A stretch of 64,000 bases of DNA from an uncultured Chthonomonadaceae bacterium (lineage in GTDB: Bacteria; Armatimonadota; Chthonomonadetes; Chthonomonadales; Chthonomonadaceae), in NCBI GenBank assembly GCA_963835065.1, contig CAWIEK010000049.1:192001-256000 (forward strand), written 5' to 3'. Of this stretch, positions 39,758-49,237 are shown piece by piece (the stretch's first letter is position 1; each line of letters starts with the position of its first letter). The notes under the pieces were generated by a model that searched no databases, was not told the DNA's origin, and saw only the letters and a program-made list of their open reading frames with translations. Made by a program: the position numbers and the translations under genes.

Positions 39758-40924
39758 TTATCCCCACCAGAAGGACGTGGCAAGAATGCCGTACAGCCCG
39801 ATCAACGCCAGCCCTTCCAGCCAGTTGGATTCGCCGTCGTAGACGATGATGGTGTTAATGACGGTGGTAAGGCCGAGCGCGACGACGAGCAGGGGCGGCA
39901 AGTTCAGCGTCAGGGGATGGGCGGGGCTGACGACGAGACTGAGCAGGACGAGAGCGGGGCCAAGCGCAAGGGCTACTTGCAGGGAACTGTTGAGGATCAC
40001 GCTGACGGCGAAATCGGATTGGTTTTTATAGGCAAGCTGGATACCGACGACGTTTTCCACCGCATTACCCGCAATAGCAACCAGCACCAAGCCCGTAAAG
40101 GCTTCCGACAGATGCAGGATTTTAATGGCCGGCTGCATGGCGTCCACGAACCAATCGGAAACAAACGCGGAGCCAACGCCGGCAAGCGTGAGCAGGGTAA
40201 CGGCAAGCCACATCGGCCAGGCGTGATGTGGAGGCGCAGGAGCGTTATCGGGAGCAGAAGTATTATCCGTTGCCGGAGCGTTACTGACAGCAGGAATGTT
40301 GTCGTTGGCAGGAGGAATGACATTCGCAGGGGCTTGGTTGGCGGAATAGGGTTCGGAGGTCGGGTTTTTCAGAAAAAACGGGATACTGGCAACAAAGATT
40401 AACAGGAGGACGACGGAACTTGCCACGCTGAGGGAATTGATGTGGGCACTGACGGGCGCGTGTAGATTTTCGGCCAGCGTAGGGATCACGAGTGCGGCAA
40501 CGGCAAGCGCCATAAGCGTGACGAGCAGGCGCGGCTGCTCCTTGTGAAACTTCTGCGTCCCGTTTTTGATGCCGCCGACAAAGAATGCCAACCCAAGTAC
40601 GAGCAGGGAATTGCCCAGAATGGAGCCGACAAGCGCGGCCTGTACCACGGTGACAAGGCCGGCGCGAAGGCTGAAAATGCCGATGAACAGTTCGGGCAGG
40701 TTGCCCAGGGCGGACTGCAAGACGCCGGTTGCGCCAGGCCCGAGTTTGCCGCCAAGCTGTTCCGTAGCCTGCCCCACCATAGCCGCCAGCATTGCCAGCG
40801 CGACGCCGCACACCACAAACAACAGCACGGGGTTGATGTGCAGGCGCGTGAGTACGGCGGCGAGTATGGAAGCGACGAGGGCAATCAGAACGATACGGCG
40901 CTCACCCGGTTTTAAGGTTGACAT
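39758..40924 (-). CDS. Calcium/proton exchanger (CAX)
   Basis: GNLPEL and GNAVEN alpha repeats, GSILGNSLLVLG, DGESNWLEG. Confidence 0.92.
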   Translation of the reverse strand: MSTLKPGERRIVLIALVASILAAVLTRLHINPVLLFVVCGVALAMLAAMVGQATEQLGGKLGPGATGVLQSALGNLPELFIGIFSLRAGLVTVVQAALVGSILGNSLLVLGLAFFVGGIKNGTQKFHKEQPRLLVTLMALAVAALVIPTLAENLHAPVSAHINSLSVASSVVLLLIFVASIPFFLKNPTSEPYSANQAPANVIPPANDNIPAVSNAPATDNTSAPDNAPAPPHHAWPMWLAVTLLTLAGVGSAFVSDWFVDAMQPAIKILHLSEAFTGLVLVAIAGNAVENVVGIQLAYKNQSDFAVSVILNSSLQVALALGPALVLLSLVVSPAHPLTLNLPPLLVVALGLTTVINTIIVYDGESNWLEGLALIGLYGILATSFWWG

Positions 40925-41132
40925 TCGGCCTCACAAGAAGCGACGTTGAGATATATTTCAGTATGGAGCGCAGAGGAAACCACAGATTAACGGCCTCATC
41001 CCATGCGCGGCAAACGCTCGTAGTGTAAATCCTGGCATTTCCACAACCGGCGCGAACGTGGAAGTGTCTACGTCGTTCTGCTGCAAAATACTCGTAAGTT
41101 CATCCATGATTTGACCAATATTTCGATTCGAG

Positions 41133-44100
41133 TCAATATATATTCAATTTTTGCCCACGCGATTGAAACAGAGATTCAAGCCGCTGTTTTTCCTTGTGGC
41201 TAATGGCTGTGTTGTTAAGATTGATTTCTTGTAATTTATTTAAGTTTTCAAGCGGTGACAAGTCCATAATCCGTGTATTATCAAGATACAAATTTTCAAG
41301 GTTCTTCAAACCTTTAAGCGGTGTCAGATCTATGATCCGGGTATTGTCAAGAAACAACGCTTGCAAGTTGTTCAGGTTAGCCAGAGGGGTGAAGTCGGTG
41401 ATCTGTGTATTGGTAAGAGATAGCCTCTGTAAGCCAGGCATGTTGCAAGGAGTTTGCAGTTCGTGATCTGAGTATTATCAAGAAACAGAGATTGCAACTT
41501 ATTCAGCCCTTCAAGGGTAGTTAAATCTGTGAGTTGAGTATCATCAAGATACAACTCATGCAAATTGTTCAGATTAGCAAGAGGGGTAAAGTTCGTAATG
41601 TGTGTTTTGGTAAGAGACAGCCTCTGTAAGCCACTCAAACCAGAGATGGGTGTCAAGTCCATGATTTGAGTATCATCAAGATATAGTGATTGCAAGCTGC
41701 TTAGACTGGCAAGAAGTGTGAAGTCCGTAATCCGAGTTTGATCAAGGTATAGCGAATATAAACCACTCAGACTTGCAGCGGTGCAAGATTATGAACATAG
41801 GGGCGGTACTCTTTCGCACTATCGAAATGTCCTTGAAGTTGTTGAAGTACGAGTGGAATGGTAAGAACATTGACGGTTTGCGCCATAACAGCGGCGGGTA
41901 GCACGTTTGCCAATTCATCAAGGACAGCAGGAGGAGTATCACGACGCAGAAACTTCCGTAACGCGGCGATTGCCTGTTCACTGTTCATTTTTGCAAGGCC
42001 CCGTGCACAAGCTATCTCTACCTCCACCGACATGTCGCTGCGCCAAGCCAGATGTTCTACGGCAATCTCGCCGCATTCCGCCAGCGCTTTCGCTCTGTCC
42101 ACTGTGTTGACCGGCAGCATCTGTGCTCGTATTGCATCCAGTTTTTGCATAACTTCCGAACGCCAACGGATAACGTACACGCGACGCTGTTTTCAGCGCC
42201 ATCACGTCTCGCCGAGCGCTGTCTTTGCTGTTCCGTCCCGGCAGGTCCAGAATGGCCTGTACGAGTTTCGATCCGAACTCCTCGTCAATGGCGAACGGCG
42301 GCGGCGAACAGCAGGACGGGTTCCCATCGCGCCAAATTCTCCGATTCGACCTTTTGTGCTAGAAAAGCGTACTCGTTGCGCCGCACAAACATCAGCGACG
42401 CCAGGTAATCGCGCAGGGCGTTGTGAACAAATTCCACGTCGTCGTTGCGGCACATCCGCAGCAGCCCGCTACGCTCCAGCAGCCCTTGCAGCACTTCCTC
42501 AGCCCTGTTTCTATCCTGCGCGCCGCCCGGATTTAGCGCGTCCGCGATCTGCACGACTGCGCTTTGCCGGGGAATAACGGTAATTTCCTTTTGCACCACA
42601 TCGTAGGCCAGATTACGCGCCAGCAACAGGCGCATATCTTCATTGAGCGCCGAATACGCGGGGAGCGAGTCCAGCGCCTTCACTTCAGTTAGCCTGTCTC
42701 GATCCCACAACAGCATTTTGCAGGCGCTTTCGCACAGGTCGCGCAGGTTTTCCGGCAGGTTGGTTCGGTACACGCGGTTCAGGGCGCACAAGAGGGCGCA
42801 CAGCAGGGGATTGGAAGCCAGATGCGCTGCCGAATGGTTGATTTCCAGTTCCCGCAGCAGTTGTTTGCGCTTTTGTGCCAGTTTGTGCAGTTTTTCCCGT
42901 GAACCGCCAAGCTGCCGCGCAACCGCGCGATGCCATCGGCGCACGAACTGCCGTTTGCCCTCCGGCGTCAGGTTACGGACGTTGTATTCGGCAAATCCTG
43001 CCTGTTCCAGCGCTTCCGGCTTCAGCGCTTCCGGGCGGCTTGTCGCCACGAACACATTGCCCCCGCCATAATCGTCAATCAAGCCCTGTATCCACGTCAG
43101 CGCCTTGCGCCGTTGCGCCCCCGACAGCTCATCCAGTCCATCCAGCAGCAGCAGTCCGCGTCCGGCTTGCAGAACGCTTTCCGCCCATCCGTCCGGGGCC
43201 TTCAGCCGGGTGGCTCCATGCCGGTGCAGTTCGTCCAGTGTGGGAAACGCGCCCGTTGGAAAGTCCCGCAGCCGCACAAAAAAAGGAACTTTATCGCGCC
43301 ATGCCAGCGCGTCCGACCGTCGCGGCTGCATCTTCTCATGCCGTTCGCCCGTCATCGAAGTATTCGGCGAGAATACAAGCCTATCCTGACCGTGCGCGCG
43401 TGTCGGTTCCCGCGCCGCCTCGATAGCCGCCCACCGCATCAGCGTAGTTTTGCCGCACCCTGCCGGTCCAACGAGCAGGGCGCGCGGCGTGTCGGCGGGC
43501 AGCCCATCCAGCAGGCTTTCGGCGGATACATCGCCGGACGCTTCCGCATCGAAGCGGCCCCGCGCCAGCGTCAGCGTGACGTATGCAACCGACAGCATTT
43601 GCTTGGTGGATTCTTGTTCAAGGTCCGGCCTTTCGATAAACAGTTCCACCCAATCCAATTCTTTCGCCACCGCCGCGCGATACTTCGGCTCAAAGGCCAG
43701 GAACTCCTCACCCTTCGCGCCCATTAACTGCCGAATCGCCTCTCCATGCCACTTGTGTTCCCCGCGCTGCTGATTGTAGGCGTCCATAAACCAGGTCATA
43801 AAACCCGGCATCTCGTGCAGCCTGTCCCACAGCGCCTCGACAATCTGCGTGAGCAGGGCATCGTGAAAATTGCGGTCATGGCCGGAAATAACGGCAAGTT
43901 CCGTCCGGTTTTCTCTACACCATGCCTGCACCACCGCCGGAGACTTCCGCCAGTTATCCATCAGGCTTTCAAACGAAAACCCACATTGCAGCGTGTTCGC
44001 AGCCACCGCCTCAACCGCATGGATATTGACTTTCCCGCCGGTTTGCTCCGCAAGCGAAGCAAGCTGCTTCAAAATGTCCTGCCGCGTGACTTCCAGAGGC

Positions 44101-44258
44101 CCCAGAATATCTTTCGCCCCGGCCTTTCGGTTCCTGTAAGCGCTTGTGAGGTCTACACCCCCGTCAAAAACGCCCTTCACGTCACCAATCGCGAGGGAAA
44201 CAAGCATTTTAAGCACCGTGCCGCCAACTGCGGACAAAGCATTTTCCGGTTTAGACAT
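41133..44258 (-). CDS. NACHT NTPase with C-terminal leucine-rich repeats (NLR-like), four frameshifts in this assembly
   Basis: Walker A GPAGCGKT, Walker B LLLLDGLDE, VATSRP, SNPLL, LLERSGLL, FVH. Continuation fragments lead to about nine 22-aa LRRs (LxxLxxLxLxxTxIxDxxPL). Confidence 0.85.
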
Positions 44259-44717
44259 AATTGGCTACGCTCTTTCAACAGCAGACCGGTAGACAAACCA
44301 CCGAAACTTTGCACAATCCCATGTTTACAGGACAATCGGCCGCAGGCCTAACAACCGGTATTTTATATACCGGGTTCTGTGAGCAGACTTACAAACAGAA
44401 AAAAGAGCCAAACAGCGCAGAAAAAATGAACCTTTTACCCCTGCTCACCTGTCTAATTAGTACAAACGTCTACTGTTCAGGTGTTATACCCACAGGAAGG
44501 TTGAACGTTCGCAGTTCCTATCAACTATCAACTACCAACTATCAACTAAGAAGGGAGGTGCCAGTCCTATGTTTCACCCCTCCCGCTCGCCCTGACGCTG
44601 CTGAGGTCACGATGCCTCTCTCCTACAACCAGACACAACGAGACATCGGGCTGGAAGCGCTGTATTGCCAAGATTTCGACGATGACTCTACATACTCTTT
44701 TTTCTGCCTACCGCTGC

Positions 44718-45731
44718 TTAATGATCGTGATCGGCGCTCATATCAGGCTGTTTGGCTTCCATGCCGCCCTTGCCGCCCATCATCATGGTGGGCATGTTGC
44801 CGTCATTGGAAGCGGAGCGTTCAGGATTGTTGGCGGCGCAGGATGTGCCGAATTGGGGCAGGGCGTAAGGGAGGGTGGTGCTGCCACGCGCCAGAATGTG
44901 CTTGTGGTTGCCGCCATCCCAGGGCGTGAAGCTGCGGGCGTTGCAATAGTGGCTGACGAACGAGCGGCGCATCCGATGTTCGCTTTTGTTGGAAAGCGAG
45001 CGGTGCAGGACATGTCCGCCGAAAAACGCCACATCGCCGGGTTCCATCACGCACGGCGTTTCGCTGCCCCTGTACTTGGCGGCAATCGGACGCAGGCTGT
45101 TGGTCACATCGTCGTCGTCATTGGAGTGCGCCCCGACGCGGTCCATCGTGGGAATGTTGTCAAGTTCGCGCTGTCCATACCCGTAGCCGGATGTGGGCGG
45201 ATAAATGGGTTCGTTCTGGCTCCCGCGTGTCATCCACATACAGCCGTTTTCCTCGTCTGCGCGGTCCAAGGCAAGCCACGCGCCGCACAGCGAATCGGGA
45301 AAGGTTGGGATATAATAACTGTCCTGATGATACCCCTGTCCTTCCGCGCCGGGCGCTTTCAGGAACAGCATGGTTTGCATGGCAAGCACATCGGGGCCGA
45401 TCAGGGCTTCCAGCACATCCAGAACGCGCGGATGCAGCATGAACCGCTCATGGATTTCCAGTTGCCGATGCAGCATGTGGATGCGCAACAATCGTTTTTC
45501 CATATCGCGCAGGCTGGCATCAGGCGGGGGTGGGGGAACGCCGGGAACTTCAATGCGCCCGTACATCAGTTCTTCGGTATGCGCTTTGAGTTCTTCCACT
45601 TCTGCGCGTGAAACTAAATCGCGGACGATCAGAAACCCGTCACGCCGAAACGCAACGTACTGGTCTACGCTGACGCGGTACGGTGACTCGTATGGCTTGG
45701 AGGATGTGATTGGTTTAATTAGAGTGTCCAT
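44718..45731 (-). CDS. Phytanoyl-CoA dioxygenase (PhyH) family Fe/2OG oxygenase
   Basis: HQD, AWLALD, ENGCM, PGDVAFF...HRS. Confidence 0.9.
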   Translation of the reverse strand: MDTLIKPITSSKPYESPYRVSVDQYVAFRRDGFLIVRDLVSRAEVEELKAHTEELMYGRIEVPGVPPPPPDASLRDMEKRLLRIHMLHRQLEIHERFMLHPRVLDVLEALIGPDVLAMQTMLFLKAPGAEGQGYHQDSYYIPTFPDSLCGAWLALDRADEENGCMWMTRGSQNEPIYPPTSGYGYGQRELDNIPTMDRVGAHSNDDDDVTNSLRPIAAKYRGSETPCVMEPGDVAFFGGHVLHRSLSNKSEHRMRRSFVSHYCNARSFTPWDGGNHKHILARGSTTLPYALPQFGTSCAANNPERSASNDGNMPTMMMGGKGGMEAKQPDMSADHDH

Positions 45732-45793
45732 TGAACGTTCCTGTCGGAGATGATCTTACGGGCGCATTTCAGAATTATGGCGCACTTGCCAAG

Positions 45794-45903
45794 TATTGAA
45801 AATACCCGGCAGGAAAGTGCAAGCGTCCTACGGACGCGGGAATATGTTAGTAGAGAATCGCGTCTGCAAGACGCTTGTTTTGTCCTGCCGGGTATTTTCA
45901 ATA
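45794..45903. repeat. Long imperfect inverted repeat
   Basis: 21-bp perfect arms TATTGAAAATACCCGGCAGGA / TCCTGCCGGGTATTTTCAATA plus inner pairing CAAGCGTC/GACGCTTG. Confidence 0.85.
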
Positions 45904-45925
45904 CCCGGCGCTCCTGCGAGGATTT

Positions 45926-46991
45926 TCAATCCCCGGAACGAAGGTACAAATCAGCGAAAACGGGGCAGTGGTCCGAGCCGGCAGAAGTGCCGACCCAACA
46001 ATTCAAAACCTGCCACTGCGGGCTGGTAAAAATATGGTCAATGCGAACGTAGGAGCGGCCTACTTTGGTGGTTTCGCCATAGGTGTAGCCGTATCCTGCT
46101 CCTGCGGCGGAAAAAGCGTCCGACAAGCCCAACGCGAACATATTTTTGCAGACGACGGACTGCACAGGGGCGTTGAAGTCACCCGTTACGATCATTGGCA
46201 GGCGTTCAGTGCGCAGATGTTCGGCAAGCCGCTCTGATTGCCGCAGCCGAATATCCAGGTTTTCGATGAGCAAGTCCATGCCGGCGCGCGGGTGCTTCAT
46301 GGCGTTAAGGCCATAGCGGGGCGATTCAAGGTGGCAGGAGTAAACGACAATCTCTTGTCCGTTCGCGTGAAGCAGGCAACGTTCCACGCGATGATTGTGT
46401 TCCGGGTGCGAAATCCAGCGTATGTCCATATCGGTAAGCGGCAGGCGGCTGGCAATGATGTACTGGTCTACGGCCTGAACATTCCAGCCTGTAAGGAACT
46501 GCCGCATTTCTCCATTTAAGCCCGCCCCCGAATCCTGCATCAGCATCAGGTCGGGCTTGTAGTTGTTAATGTCGTTTTCAATGGCCTTCACGTCCCTGTT
46601 CGCCCACTTGATGTTGTAGGTCATCACGCGCAGGCGCAAGCCTTTGTCAGCGGACGGCTGCGCATGGGAAAACCGGAGATTGCCGCCCATAATCGGGCCG
46701 AACACGAGCAGGCTCAGAACGACAAGCACCCATGTTCGTTTAGCGGGAGCGTATCAGCACCCAGGGATACAATATCAAAAGGGGCAGCGCCCAAACCCAC
46801 TGCGGCAGATATAAATTCAGTCCTGTGAACCACCAGTTTTCCGGCCCAAAGTGATTGGAGGTCAGGAGGATGAGTATGATTACGGAGTAAACCGCCATTA
46901 CCGCCGTGAGGAGGAGTGGGCGGGGCTTAGGTGTCGGCGGTGCAGGGTTGGCCGCAAGGGGCGTTTCATCTTCCGGGCTGATTGAGGGCAT
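45926..46991 (-). CDS. Membrane-anchored endonuclease/exonuclease/phosphatase (EEP) family protein, interrupted near 46740
   Basis: N-terminal TMs in ORF 46740-47024; MTYN, GDFN, IDHI, SDH in ORF 45926-46729. Confidence 0.82.
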
Positions 46992-47141
46992 AACATATTC
47001 TTTCAGGGTTCGGGATGCGAACAAATCAGGATGTGATAAAAATGTGGCAGGAGCAACGAAGCCACATAGCGAATAAACGCTGCATAGGCTGGCATTGCGT
47101 ATTCCGTTCTTGTATACGGATTTCAGGAGGTTTGTATTTCA

Positions 47142-47921
47142 TTGGCGGCTGATGTTGAAACGAAATGTCGGGTTGTCGGGTTGATACCGGCGCGGCTGGC
47201 GTCCACGCGCTTGCCGGATAAGCCATTGGTGGACATTGGCGGTTGGCCGATGATCCGCCACGTATGGAGTCGGGCGCGGCAGGCGCAAGGATTGGACGAG
47301 GTTGCCATTGCCACGCCGGACGAAGCCATTGCCGAAGCCGCGCAGAAGTTTGGGGCGCGCGTTGTGATGACCTCGGCAAGCCATCCTTCTGGAACCGATA
47401 GGCTTGCGGAAGCGGCGCGTTTGCTTGAACTGGATTCAAACGCCATTGTGGTCAACATTCAGGGCGATGAGCCGCTGCTGGAACCATCGGGAATTGAAGC
47501 CGTGCTGCGCCCCCTGCTGGAAGATTCAGCCTTGACGATGAGCAGCCTGATGTGTCCGTGTCCCGAACGGGAGTTGGACAATCCGGCGTGCGTGAAAGTG
47601 GTTTGCGCCTTAAATGGGGATGCGCTGTATTTTTCGCGGGCGCGGCTGCCGTTTGCCCGCAATGTGAACCAACAGCCGCCTGCGTCCGTGATGCAGCATA
47701 TCGGACTGTACGCGTACCGGAACCACTTTTTACAAACGTTTCTAGCCCTGCCGCCGTCGCCTTTGGAAAAAACAGAATCGCTGGAGCAACTGCGGGTTTT
47801 GGAACATGGCTGCAGTATTCGTATGGTCAGGATCGAGCAAGCGCCGCTCGGCGTGGACACGCCGGAAGATTTAGTGCGGGCGCGGGAATTACTGGCAGGA
47901 TTTTCGCCTGCCAATGTGTAA
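47142..47921 (+). CDS. kdsB: 3-deoxy-manno-octulosonate cytidylyltransferase
   Basis: IPARLASTRLPDKPL, SGTDR, NIQGDEP, HIGLYAY, LEQLR, GVDTPED. Confidence 0.96.
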   Translation: MAADVETKCRVVGLIPARLASTRLPDKPLVDIGGWPMIRHVWSRARQAQGLDEVAIATPDEAIAEAAQKFGARVVMTSASHPSGTDRLAEAARLLELDSNAIVVNIQGDEPLLEPSGIEAVLRPLLEDSALTMSSLMCPCPERELDNPACVKVVCALNGDALYFSRARLPFARNVNQQPPASVMQHIGLYAYRNHFLQTFLALPPSPLEKTESLEQLRVLEHGCSIRMVRIEQAPLGVDTPEDLVRARELLAGFSPANV

Positions 47922-47987
47922 CATGGCACACAACCTCTGAGCCTCTTAAACAGGGTTAGCAAACATCAAGGGAGATTAGACGAACAC

Positions 47988-49001
47988 ATGACGACAACAA
48001 ACGGCAATGGCGAGCAGAAGGTTCGCATCGGCATCATCGGCACGGGCGGGATCGCGCAGGGGCATGTGAAGCGGCTCTCGGCGCTTCCCAATGTGGAGAT
48101 TACCGCGCTTTGCGACATCGTGCCCTCGCAAATGGAAAAAACCGTCGAGCGCAATCCGCAGGTGAAGGATGCCAAACAGTTCACAAATTACGAGGAACTG
48201 ATTACTTCAGGGCTGGTGGACGCGGTGAACATTGACACACCGCACACCATCCACTTCGAGCAGATCATGAACAGTTTGGACAAAGGGCTGCACGTCCTGA
48301 CCGAAAAGCCGATGGTCTGCACGGTCAAGGATGCCCATGAGGTGCTGACAAAAATTGATTCCAGCGGCAAGGTGTTCGTGCTGAACTATCAGCGCCACTA
48401 TCAGCCGGAGTTTTTGTACATCAAGAAGGTGATCGAATCCGGGGAGTACGGGCCGGTGCAGTTCGTGCAGGGCTTGCAGGGGCAGGAGTGGAAAAAGGCG
48501 GTTGCGGGAACATGGCGGCAGGACCCGGCTCTGGGTGGCGGGGGACAACTCAACGACTCCGGTTCGCACATGCTGGCCGTTCTGCTGTACGTGACCGGCC
48601 TGAGCGTGGAAGCCGTTGCGGGCTTTATTGATAACCTGGGCGTTCCCGTAGACATCAATTCCGCGTTCTCGTTTCGGTTCATCGGGGGGGCGCAGGGCAA
48701 TGTGTCCATTGTCGGCAATGCGCCTTCCTTTTACGAGGACATTACCATCTGGTGCGACGAAGGCGCTTTCTACATGCGGCAGGGTAAATTGGAAGTGCAG
48801 GACGGCAAGGGCAAGCGAACCGTTCCCACAGCCGAAGAGATGCCCAAAGGCAGCAACCCGGACGAAAACTTCGTCAACGCTATTTTGGGCAAGGAACCTG
48901 TCAACTGCGACGCGAAAATGGGCCTGCGCGTGATTGAACTGACGGAAGCCGCCTGGAAAGCCGCCGCCGATCAGAGCATCGCAACCGTAAAGCGGGCGTA
49001 G
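47988..49001 (+). CDS. Cytoplasmic Gfo/Idh/MocA family oxidoreductase
   Basis: IGIIGTGGIA, HVLTEKP, GGGQLNDSGSH. Confidence 0.92.
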   Translation: MTTTNGNGEQKVRIGIIGTGGIAQGHVKRLSALPNVEITALCDIVPSQMEKTVERNPQVKDAKQFTNYEELITSGLVDAVNIDTPHTIHFEQIMNSLDKGLHVLTEKPMVCTVKDAHEVLTKIDSSGKVFVLNYQRHYQPEFLYIKKVIESGEYGPVQFVQGLQGQEWKKAVAGTWRQDPALGGGGQLNDSGSHMLAVLLYVTGLSVEAVAGFIDNLGVPVDINSAFSFRFIGGAQGNVSIVGNAPSFYEDITIWCDEGAFYMRQGKLEVQDGKGKRTVPTAEEMPKGSNPDENFVNAILGKEPVNCDAKMGLRVIELTEAAWKAAADQSIATVKRA

Positions 49002-49004
49002 TGT

Positions 49005-49070
49005 CCTCACCGGGTGTCCACTTGTGGACATACCCCTCTCCTGCCTGCTCGTTCCTCGTCAGGAGAGGGG
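49005..49070. repeat. REP-like palindrome, family A variant with an inserted extra hairpin
   Basis: CCTCACC[GGGTGTCCACTTGTGGACATA]CCCCTCTCCTG...CAGGAGAGGGG. Confidence 0.7.
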
Positions 49071-49237
49071 TTATTCGTGTTGATAATCTTCCGGTTATAT
49101 TGAGAAGAGTGAACAAATGACGTAATTTTGTTGTCACAATGTTGGCGGACATTCGTTTGTGAAAATAGGTGAATAAGCAAGTCTGAATCGTCTGGCAGCG
49201 CCCCGAATTTGCCACGAGCTTGCGAAGGGTAAAACCA

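Noticed and set aside
44459..44472. LexA-box-like AGTACAAACGTCTA
   Set aside because: It is an imperfect match, the LexA motif for this lineage is unknown to me, and no clear SOS gene follows.
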